A stretch of DNA of 64,000 nt, taken from positions 1 through 64,000 of the IMG/VR virus record IMGVR_UViG_3300020452_000548; one strand, given 5' to 3'. Every line of letters starts with the position of its first letter. Position 1 is the first letter of the stretch. The notes beneath the pieces were generated by a model. That model was not told the origin of the DNA and ran no database searches. It saw only the letters and a list, made by a program, of their open reading frames with translations. Position numbers and translations under genes: made by a program. Below are positions 47,370 through 55,430 of this stretch, one piece after another. The stretch comes from a virus.

Positions 47370-48904
47370 CTGACCCTTTTGACGAAGCTTGGGATGTAGC
47401 TAAGGGCAAGTTCCGAGGATATTCTCGAAACAATATTAGCGATAGAGATAGCAAGGCAAGCAAAGCCCGTGCATGGAGTCAATCACGCAAGAATAAGCGT
47501 AAAAGAACCAGTAGAAGGTATAATCGTAATAAAACAAGAGGTAATGTGCGACCTAAGATGAGAAGGCAATTAGGGGCAGGTGGCTCAAGAGAGCAGGTGG
47601 CTAAAGCAGTAAATATTCCTGATTTGTCGAGTTTGAATCTTGGTAATATGTATGCAGGTCTTGGTGGTTCTGAGCTTACACAATATCGGCCTTTAGGCTT
47701 GGGTGGCTTCATGGGGGCAGGTAAGCAAAGAGGACACAATGTCCAGTCTTTTGACTGGGGGATGCGTGAAGATGGCATTACTGATGCCGAGCTAAAACAG
47801 AATGATCCCAACTATCACTATGACGATATTACTGAAGGTTCGGTTTCTGCATTAGCAGATAGGGTTCTTGATCGGTTTGATGGGGATTACATACACGGTC
47901 TAACTGCCGGAACACCATGCAAGGCATTCAGTATGGGTGGAGAGAATGTAGGTTGGAAATTAGAAGAGGATTCTATTCAAAGATTATGGGATAAACTCTA
48001 TCCCGGTCAAGATTATCCAGAAGTTACAAGAGATATGAGAAGGACATTCACACCTGAAGCTTTGGCGTGGAGTAGGGGTAGCATCCATAGCCCCAAAAGC
48101 ATCAAAGGATACTTGAATAGCATAAGAGGTCAAGAAGGCGGTTGGGGTATGCCCACCTTTGTTCCTCGTAGTATTGATGAGATAATGTTCGATTCATTTG
48201 GTGAGCCAAGAATTAGGCACGGCAAGGAAATGACCGAGAGTGCAGCTGAAAGGATTCGTGGTAATACGCAGACTGGTGTTGATATGCTAGAGAGAACGGT
48301 TGCCCTGTATGATGAATTAAAGAGAAGAGGAAAATTGGGTTATGGATTCATTGAAAACCCAATGGGTAAAATGCGATATATGAATCAAATATCTCATTTG
48401 CCTCTCCATGCAATATCGGCCGCATCGTATAGAGAACCCGCACATTCAAGATTATTCGGCCTACCGCCTGAACCCGATGAGTTTGATATGGGAGCTTACA
48501 TGAGGCATACAAGACCGAATATGGATATTTCTGGTTTGCCACCTTTGAAGATGACTGATTTATTTGGCGATTTGCCCCCGCAAATGACATTACGGCCTTC
48601 ATTGAAAACAATGAATGTGGCGGGTGATTTGTATGCTCATGGGCCGAGAGGAAGTATAGATGAATCAATACAGGGGATGAAGGGATTACCTGCTAACACA
48701 TTGTTCGCAGGTTCTCCAAAAATAGATCCGTATCATGTTCGCTCAATTGCACCATTCCAATTGGGCAAGGATTTTGTTCAAGCTCTTGAGTCGGATTATG
48801 AGATACCTGCACCTATCCCTCAATATAGAAAACAATTAGACCAGAATAGAGCATTACGGGAATTAGCTGATGCTGCTCGAAACAAGACCCTGTTTGATTA
48901 TTGA
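47363..48904 (+). CDS. C5 cytosine DNA methyltransferase-like protein with a PFDEAWDVAK tag and an Arg/Lys-rich N-terminal segment
   Basis: Motif I-like MYAGLGG, motif IV GTPCKAFS, motif VI FIENP. Confidence 0.7.
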   Translation: MVTDPFDEAWDVAKGKFRGYSRNNISDRDSKASKARAWSQSRKNKRKRTSRRYNRNKTRGNVRPKMRRQLGAGGSREQVAKAVNIPDLSSLNLGNMYAGLGGSELTQYRPLGLGGFMGAGKQRGHNVQSFDWGMREDGITDAELKQNDPNYHYDDITEGSVSALADRVLDRFDGDYIHGLTAGTPCKAFSMGGENVGWKLEEDSIQRLWDKLYPGQDYPEVTRDMRRTFTPEALAWSRGSIHSPKSIKGYLNSIRGQEGGWGMPTFVPRSIDEIMFDSFGEPRIRHGKEMTESAAERIRGNTQTGVDMLERTVALYDELKRRGKLGYGFIENPMGKMRYMNQISHLPLHAISAASYREPAHSRLFGLPPEPDEFDMGAYMRHTRPNMDISGLPPLKMTDLFGDLPPQMTLRPSLKTMNVAGDLYAHGPRGSIDESIQGMKGLPANTLFAGSPKIDPYHVRSIAPFQLGKDFVQALESDYEIPAPIPQYRKQLDQNRALRELADAARNKTLFDY

Positions 48905-49611
48905 TTTTCATTATCCTCAAATAATTCTGGATTCTCAATCCAAGCTTGAGGTAGGATATGGTCGTATATGTCAATTGGTATGGTTTCTAACCTTCCTGTA
49001 TCGGGGTCAATTATCTTCACACGCTTCTTTCTTCGCAATTTATGACCAAACTTAGCTACCATTTCACATTCAGCACATAGGCTCTTAGCTACGCTTCTAA
49101 ATCTTTGATTGAACCATTCCTCAAACAGCTCAAAGGAATTGAATATCCATGAGAGATGAGGAAGCCATGTCTGCTTTACGCCATTCCACCGTATCACTTC
49201 TCTCATAGGGTATCTTCTCTTTGCGAGGCTGAAAGCTTCAGCACCAGTCAATCCAACGGCATCCATCAAATCAATCGTCTTGAAATTGATACTGTATGCC
49301 TTTGCTAAGAGCTGGTAATCTAACTTTGTTGAGTTATATCCCATCAATGTAGTATCTTCTGGTAGCTCTTTCAACCAATCTTCTAATTCAGATAAGCTCA
49401 GCATCTCCGACTCGTATCTCTTGTGTTTGATTGGTTTGTTCAACACATCTGAGAATACAAAGAAGCAATCACCACTAAAGAAAACCGCAGTATCAATGTG
49501 AAACTTGTCTAAGTTTGAGTAGTCCTTATCTGGATCTTCGCTACTAAATATTCTGAAAGCAAGCACCTTTTCTGTATTCATCCATGTAGGTAATCTTGAC
49601 CATATTCTCAT
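48898..49611 (-). CDS. RNase H/DnaQ-fold protein (divergent 3'-5' exonuclease-like)
   Basis: LMGYNSTKLDYQLL resembles ExoII (GYN...FD); also TIDLM. The ExoI acidic residues are not evident. Confidence 0.5.
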   Translation of the reverse strand: MRIWSRLPTWMNTEKVLAFRIFSSEDPDKDYSNLDKFHIDTAVFFSGDCFFVFSDVLNKPIKHKRYESEMLSLSELEDWLKELPEDTTLMGYNSTKLDYQLLAKAYSINFKTIDLMDAVGLTGAEAFSLAKRRYPMREVIRWNGVKQTWLPHLSWIFNSFELFEEWFNQRFRSVAKSLCAECEMVAKFGHKLRRKKRVKIIDPDTGRLETIPIDIYDHILPQAWIENPELFEDNENQ

Positions 49612-49615
49612 GTTA

Positions 49616-51073
49616 TCACCAATTCATTTGGATGTATGCGACCCTACCCTTCATGTGCCTCTCGGCAGTATTGTTCTGTATATGCTTATCCAATCGCCTT
49701 TGTGCCGTCTTGACGCTCACATCGTTTAGCTGAGCATACACGGATTCAAGCTCGGCTTTCTTAACAACTTCTCTACCAGTCTTAGGGTGAATCTCCTTAG
49801 ACACTTTGTTGAATGCTTGCTTCCATGCGTGTTGCTCGGCCTGTGTCCTCTTTCGGGTCTTGACGCTTTGCTTCTGTTCCAACCAAATGATTGTGTTATA
49901 CAGATTGTCATAGATAATTTCCTTAGCCATCATCACATACTCCGCAGTAATGACTGAGCTTTTCATGATTGAAGCTATGTGATTAGCCATTATTACTGTG
50001 TAATTCTCAACATTAGGTAGGAAGCTGGTTGCCGTATCTCTAATCTCATCGTTTGATATGCCTCTTACCAAATCATAGTAGTCATCAACGGCATTTAGCA
50101 AAGCAGCGTGGTATGATGGGCCAACGCTGAATATATCGTATGCGTGTCTGATAGCAGTATCCTCACGCTCGCCATCAGATAGTGCATTCCACTCTTCCTC
50201 AGTCAAGCCCGCAGCTTTGAACAGTCTGCTTTTGACTTCATCCCTGCATTCCATGAGATACTTAGCTAAGTCCTCATACCCCCATAGCTTATCAGGAACA
50301 GGAACATAAGTGCCGGACATACGGTGTTCGCTTGTAGTCTGCCTTGTTTCCATCGTTACATCGTTTTGATAAAAGAATACACGCTGAAAGAATCCCTTCT
50401 CAAGCACATGAACCATAATGTCCTTTGGCGGGAATGTGGTCATCCACATAGAAACGCCTGATGGTGTCCTTACTGTTCCAGATACCAAGTGCTTGACCAA
50501 CACATTTGTTTCTGAACCAATCGGAGCCATGGCCTGTTGTAGATAGAGTATCTTATCTGAGAAATACGCCTTCTGGTCATTCAACAACACGCTTGCTTCA
50601 TCAAAGGTCAGCGATTTGTATCCATTCAACAGACCGGGAACAACTTCGTAATCCACTTTGCCTGTTGGCTTACCATCCTCATCATACAATGGGACTTCTT
50701 TGACCGTACCTATCATCTTAGCATCAGAACCTGAGCTGAACATTTCTGTTTCAATTTCGCATAACTTCAGTATCTTGGCAAGAAACTCATAGGCAACAGA
50801 TTTACCGGATCGAGAACCTTGAACCCAATACACATGGAATCTGCAATCAACAAAAATACCGTGAATAGGTATTCTCATGTATGGGGCGCACATCAAACCC
50901 ATAGTGAAAAAGAAAGACAGGATACCTGCATATTCATTGAAATAACTAACGCTATTGAACCTGCTAAGATATTCCTTTAGAAACTTTGAACCCTCATAAT
51001 CCGATGAAATTAACTTGTAATCACTCCACTTCCTTGTAGTTTGAGTTTCGTTTCGGAGTAGCATGGGAATCAC
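49616..51073 (-). CDS. MCM-like AAA+ replicative helicase (compact) with a C-terminal winged helix
   Basis: Walker A QGSRSGKS, S..KMIGTV, PGLL, Walker B LTFDEA, arginine finger FFQR. Confidence 0.65.
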   Translation of the reverse strand: MIPMLLRNETQTTRKWSDYKLISSDYEGSKFLKEYLSRFNSVSYFNEYAGILSFFFTMGLMCAPYMRIPIHGIFVDCRFHVYWVQGSRSGKSVAYEFLAKILKLCEIETEMFSSGSDAKMIGTVKEVPLYDEDGKPTGKVDYEVVPGLLNGYKSLTFDEASVLLNDQKAYFSDKILYLQQAMAPIGSETNVLVKHLVSGTVRTPSGVSMWMTTFPPKDIMVHVLEKGFFQRVFFYQNDVTMETRQTTSEHRMSGTYVPVPDKLWGYEDLAKYLMECRDEVKSRLFKAAGLTEEEWNALSDGEREDTAIRHAYDIFSVGPSYHAALLNAVDDYYDLVRGISNDEIRDTATSFLPNVENYTVIMANHIASIMKSSVITAEYVMMAKEIIYDNLYNTIIWLEQKQSVKTRKRTQAEQHAWKQAFNKVSKEIHPKTGREVVKKAELESVYAQLNDVSVKTAQRRLDKHIQNNTAERHMKGRVAYIQMNW

Positions 51074-51113
51074 TGGGAATGTTCGGTAGTATCAACTGAT
51101 TATAACACCTTAC

Positions 51114-51820
51114 TCAAGACCGAGCCATTCTGACCCTTTCGCTCGCCATTTTCGTTTCGCTATTTAGAACCTCAGAAATACGGGTTGCTCGAATCTTACC
51201 TAAACCTACAATCTCCGTCAGCTCTTTGACTGATACTGAGCTAATCTCAGCTACAGACCCAAACTTCTCAAGGAGCTTGTGAGCTATGGCTTCGCTTGCC
51301 CCCGCAGCTCGTAGTGTATCCACCCTCATATCCTCAGAAGTGGTTTTTCTTAGAACACGATATGTGGATGATGAACCAAGCGTTCCATCCTTCTCAAATC
51401 TTTTACAGATGAATCGAGCTGCCGATGATCTATCGGGCAGGGTGATGATTTGTATGTCGTAGTCCGTGCAATACCTTGCTAAAGAGCCGACATAGCTTGA
51501 CCATGCCTGTTGGTATCTGATTTTCCTACCACTCTTCATGACTTGAGTAAGATACTGGTCAAGAGTACCCCATACCAATAGTATTGCATTGTTGTAGTTA
51601 TCATCCAGATTGTTGAGCTGTTGCTCAAGATGCCCACTCATCATGCTACCCATGTAGTCATGAATGCTCTTTGCTTCTATGCCTACGCTGTTGAATGCGT
51701 AGTCAGCAATCATGTTCTGCTTAGTCTTGTGATGCAGACCATCTTTCTTGTCAATATACTTCTTCACTAAGTCCTCTAATCCAGATCGCTCTCTATTATC
51801 AATAAACAATACTTTTGTCA
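51114..51820 (-). CDS. ERCC4/XPF (Hef/Mus81-like) structure-specific nuclease with HhH motifs
   Basis: IDNRE, ADY, GIEAKSIHD, and HhH IVGLGKIRA. Likely start is MTKVLF. Confidence 0.85.
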
Positions 51821-52579
51821 TACGCTCGCCCCTATTCTTTCCGCCCAGCTCAATGCAAAATTGATACAATTCCTACAACTTGACGCACAGTCTGGTAATT
51901 TGACACACTTTGATTCGTCTTTTCTTGCTCGAAAAGACCAAGCCATAGAATCAGCAGATGCGATATATTCCTTTGACTTGACCAATCCTAACTTCTTCAC
52001 ACCAAATGCGTGAAGCTTCAGATTGTATTTGCCTGTTGAAAATGTCTTGAGGATATGTGAAATCTCATCGGTGTTTTGCCTTCTACATACAGAACCTATA
52101 CCCACCAATGGTTCGTCTTGAAGATTCACGCCATGTTCAACATATAGCTCAAAGCAATCTTGATACTCATTCATCTCAAAACCCTGCAAAACGGGAATAA
52201 TAGGTAAATCAGGTGCAAGGCTTTTCAGCTTGAGATAATTATCAACAGTAAGCTTTTGATGTTCCTTTACCGATAGCCCTGTTTTTTCAATCATGTGCGG
52301 TTCGCACATCCAGTCTTGAGGTGCAATAAAATCAAAGCTCAAACCTATATCACTCATCAAACGCCTAATTCCAGCCACATATTCTTGAGGCGTTACAGTC
52401 CATTCGCCATACTTTTCCAATTCGGTGAAGCCACCGGAATCTAAGGCCAATGGTGCTTTCTGCTCAATTTTCTTCTTTCTGTTTTTGAGCCACCTGTAAG
52501 ATACCATCAACGGGTGATTCGTTCTTTCAATATGTTTCAACTGCCATGTTCCAATATAAAACTCATTCAAGATTGACAC
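51818..52579 (-). CDS. TGT/DpdA-like transglycosylase (possible 7-deazaguanine DNA modification)
   Basis: LDSGGF, QDWMCEP, PVLQG, GIGSVC, LHAFG and SADS, the TGT-fold motifs. Confidence 0.7.
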   Translation of the reverse strand: MSILNEFYIGTWQLKHIERTNHPLMVSYRWLKNRKKKIEQKAPLALDSGGFTELEKYGEWTVTPQEYVAGIRRLMSDIGLSFDFIAPQDWMCEPHMIEKTGLSVKEHQKLTVDNYLKLKSLAPDLPIIPVLQGFEMNEYQDCFELYVEHGVNLQDEPLVGIGSVCRRQNTDEISHILKTFSTGKYNLKLHAFGVKKLGLVKSKEYIASADSMAWSFRARKDESKCVKLPDCASSCRNCINFALSWAERIGASV

Positions 52580-52688
52580 CCCCGTTTTTCATTAGACAAT
52601 CATAACACACCTTATGTTCTGGATCCCAAACAAGATTACGCTTCTTTTTGCATTGATGACAAGTCAGCATTTGGTATGGGTTAATCAT
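52563..52688 (-). CDS. Unannotated 41-aa zinc-finger mini-protein
   Basis: MINPYQMLTCHQCKKKRNLVWDPEHKVCYDCLMKNGGVNLE; ATGA overlap with the upstream stop; fills the gap exactly. Confidence 0.65.
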   Translation of the reverse strand: MINPYQMLTCHQCKKKRNLVWDPEHKVCYDCLMKNGGVNLE

Positions 52689-52939
52689 CCATCCACCTTC
52701 TCTAACCAATGTTCCCATTCAGAACCGAAGCGATAGTCTGCCTTCTGATTATCACTTAGCTTATTCACGAAGGCAGCCATAGCACCACAATGAGAGCATT
52801 CCAATGTTACTAACATACCTTCGCCTTCCAACCCCATTTCCTCAAAGGGTATATCTGACTTCCACAGTAATTGTTCGCCACAAAAAATGCAAGAGCAGAC
52901 ACCTTGAGGCACTACAATATTACTCATTATCCTCACCAT
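52685..52939 (-). CDS. Zinc-ribbon protein
   Basis: CIFC..CSHC. Confidence 0.6.
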   Translation of the reverse strand: MVRIMSNIVVPQGVCSCIFCGEQLLWKSDIPFEEMGLEGEGMLVTLECSHCGAMAAFVNKLSDNQKADYRFGSEWEHWLEKVDG

Positions 52940-53252
52940 TTATCTCAGCTACAGACATACCTGATTCATGGATTAAGAAGGCTCGATTTAGCATATCAGT
53001 AATCATATCTGCCCATTCAGGATCCATAGCTAATGCTACAACATCTGCTTGGTCTTGACTTTGCCTCATCTGAGGGTGATGGCATATCTCAGTAACACCC
53101 GTTGATACATTCAATCTGAAAGACCAAGGCAGTATGTCTTTGATTTCTTCCAAATCCTTTGCATATTCTTCCTCAGTCTTGTCGCCACTCTTTAGGCTCT
53201 CAAACAATTCTCTCGCTTTCTTTTTCCTTATTTCATCTATGTCGTCTGTCAT
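52920..53252 (-). CDS. Hypothetical protein
   Basis: Probable start MTDDIDEIRKKK just after the primase stop. Confidence 0.55.
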   Translation of the reverse strand: MTDDIDEIRKKKARELFESLKSGDKTEEEYAKDLEEIKDILPWSFRLNVSTGVTEICHHPQMRQSQDQADVVALAMDPEWADMITDMLNRAFLIHESGMSVAEINGEDNE

Positions 53253-53254
53253 AA

Positions 53255-54355
53255 TTATGTCCCCTTTCCATCGTAATACGGGCAACGCCCTACACATAAG
53301 CCCTCGCTGAAAAGCTTAGGGCAACTGGGAGTTTTGTAATACCTGTTAGCACCGTGAGATAACATTTGGTGCGTAACACTTGGTTTGTAATCTGACCATT
53401 CAAGTGATTTGATGAATGCGTGAGCTTTTGATACTGCCTCTTTGTTTGATATTGAGCTGGTTTCGGGTGGCCGTGCGAATCTTCTGAAGTAATCAAGCAG
53501 ATACATCATGAGATACACACGGGGCTGATGTGCAGGGTTATCACCTTTGGTGCAAGCCGCAGCGTGAAGGCAGGGTAGCATTGGTATTCCCTCTATATTC
53601 TTCATATCCACCGAAATCTCGTCAGCGTCAAACTTACCAAAGAATCCTGTCAGTCCTGTCATACGATATTCTGGGTCATCAATTTTGATTAGCTTGAGAG
53701 GCATACCTCTCTTACCCCTAATGTGCATACCGCTTGACGGCTTCTCAGCCTTCAATATGATAGCATCCCAACCTCTTGATAATAACTCAGCAGATACTGG
53801 TATAGACCAAAGCCCCCTCTTTACATTGTATGTGTTGGGGATTCGAATATGTCTATCGGGTCTGAATGATACGACAGGATCAAGAGATACCAAATCCAAA
53901 TCACGAACCCACTTATTCACAATCATCCTTCCAGAGAACAACAACTGACTAAGCTCATCCGGTGGTAAATCGTATGTCTTGTCTAACAGAACCCAAATGT
54001 GGAATCCGCCACCGCTAAAGAATACCGTGTGCTTCCAACCGTTATCCAATAAATGTGCAGATAGCTTCCAAGTATCCTCAGCACATCTTTCTCCAGCTTC
54101 TTCATCAGACATACCTAACTGTTCTATGGCCCTGCCTTTGTCAAGATCCACTACGAAATGAGGAACAATAGCTGTGGTATATTCGCATCTTTTACCTCCC
54201 GGCTTAGTTTCTTTGAAGGGATATACGGTCACGGTTAGGTTTGCTTTACCGTTAGTGTTTGAGATGTATCTTTGAAACTCTTTCTTGGAATGGATGACTC
54301 TCCTTACACGCATATCCACTTCTCTTGGATAACCATCGAAAACGCTACTCATCAT
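53255..54355 (-). CDS. Archaeo-eukaryotic primase: PriS catalytic domain fused to a PriL-like Fe-S domain
   Basis: VDLD (DxD), FSGGGFHIW, RHIRIPNT; C-terminal LPCL..H..R and YKTPSCPKL...CVGRCP. Likely start is MMSSVF. Confidence 0.85.
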   Translation of the reverse strand: MMSSVFDGYPREVDMRVRRVIHSKKEFQRYISNTNGKANLTVTVYPFKETKPGGKRCEYTTAIVPHFVVDLDKGRAIEQLGMSDEEAGERCAEDTWKLSAHLLDNGWKHTVFFSGGGFHIWVLLDKTYDLPPDELSQLLFSGRMIVNKWVRDLDLVSLDPVVSFRPDRHIRIPNTYNVKRGLWSIPVSAELLSRGWDAIILKAEKPSSGMHIRGKRGMPLKLIKIDDPEYRMTGLTGFFGKFDADEISVDMKNIEGIPMLPCLHAAACTKGDNPAHQPRVYLMMYLLDYFRRFARPPETSSISNKEAVSKAHAFIKSLEWSDYKPSVTHQMLSHGANRYYKTPSCPKLFSEGLCVGRCPYYDGKGT

Positions 54356-54467
54356 CTGCCCCCTTCTTACAAGTACAGGCTGCAAATAACATCTGTTTGA
54401 GCTTTGAACGCTGAAGGTTAGCCTCATTTGAGTATTGAGAATGATATGGGCAATTAGGGTCTGACAT
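54345..54467 (-). CDS. Unannotated 40-aa Cys/His mini-protein
   Basis: MSDPNCPYHSQYSNEANLQRSKLKQMLFAACTCKKGADDE; GGAGG RBS; starts immediately after the upstream stop. Confidence 0.5.
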   Translation of the reverse strand: MSDPNCPYHSQYSNEANLQRSKLKQMLFAACTCKKGADDE

Positions 54468-55430
54468 TTACTCATCCTCCCAAGGTATTGCTGTTGCACC
54501 ATATCGTGGGCAGAACGCCTTGACCCTGCACCATGGCTCACAAATGTATGGAACAGCACCTAACGGCTTCAATAGAAAGCTATCTCCGTTATAGCTACCG
54601 TCATACCCTTGATGTGATTTGATTAAATCGCTAATGTCCTTCTTCATTAGAGCTATTTCTGGTGACTTTACGGTTTCAATGACTCTAAACACACGGTCAT
54701 CGTATTCTTCAAACAAACCACCTGTATGATCCCACCCCCAGTATGATGTATTCACGCCTTTCAACTTGGGATGGTCGCAGATAGTAAGAAGATAGACATA
54801 GAACGCCATCTCCTTACGCATTGATTCCCATTTGCTTTTCTTATCCTTGAATACACCCGTTTTCAATTCATGAAGATGAATAGCTCCATCCTCATCCATG
54901 AACATCCTATCTATTATCCCGGTAAGATGTACCTTTTGACCGTCTATCTCAACCAAAGCATTCAATGTAATTTCATTACCGACTGGTTTGAAATATTCAG
55001 GGTTGCTAACCATGAATCTCTTAGCTTCAGCGACAAAGAGCTTGTCGAGATGTTCTTGCTCTCCTAGCTCAAAGACACCCCTCTTAGGACTGGAATTAGG
55101 TATGAATGTTCGAAAGTGCTTGAGGACTTTTTCATAGCCGTGCTTCTTTAGAGCAACGGCATCTTCAATATCAAGGTCGTTGTAAAAGTCCTCAGTAGCA
55201 TCATGCACATTACTTCCCCGTATCATAGCTTCAGTTTCTGGTTCTTTGACACCAAGAACCCGCTTGATGAAGTATTGTTGTTGGCAGAAGCTGTAATCGC
55301 CTACTGATGACTTAGACATTCTGAGTATAACATTCTCCGGCATACCGGGATGATATTGGTAGCTGGATTCTAAATCAGGATGACCCGGCACGGGATATGA
55401 TCGTGCAGGTCTGATTTCCATTCCTCTCAC
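54468..55430 (-). CDS. Cas4-like/RecB-family PD-(D/E)xK exonuclease
   Basis: SKSS..C, RGSNVH, GIIDRM, ELKTG, and C-terminal C..WC....C. Confidence 0.8.
   Translation of the reverse strand: MRGMEIRPARSYPVPGHPDLESSYQYHPGMPENVILRMSKSSVGDYSFCQQQYFIKRVLGVKEPETEAMIRGSNVHDATEDFYNDLDIEDAVALKKHGYEKVLKHFRTFIPNSSPKRGVFELGEQEHLDKLFVAEAKRFMVSNPEYFKPVGNEITLNALVEIDGQKVHLTGIIDRMFMDEDGAIHLHELKTGVFKDKKSKWESMRKEMAFYVYLLTICDHPKLKGVNTSYWGWDHTGGLFEEYDDRVFRVIETVKSPEIALMKKDISDLIKSHQGYDGSYNGDSFLLKPLGAVPYICEPWCRVKAFCPRYGATAIPWEDE

Noticed and set aside
48898-48904. Terminator hairpin at the convergence of the two modules
   Set aside because: The 3' ends of the two genes overlap directly, and no clear stem-loop or long T-tract is visible.
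54356-54559. Long N-terminal extension of the primase in the ORF track
   Set aside because: It overlaps the nuclease gene and looks non-protein-like; a downstream ATG plus a separate 40-aa ORF explains the region better.
54468-55430. Cas4 as evidence of a CRISPR-Cas system
   Set aside because: It stands alone in an SSB/ATPase/primase context typical of viral recombination modules; no other cas genes or array are present.
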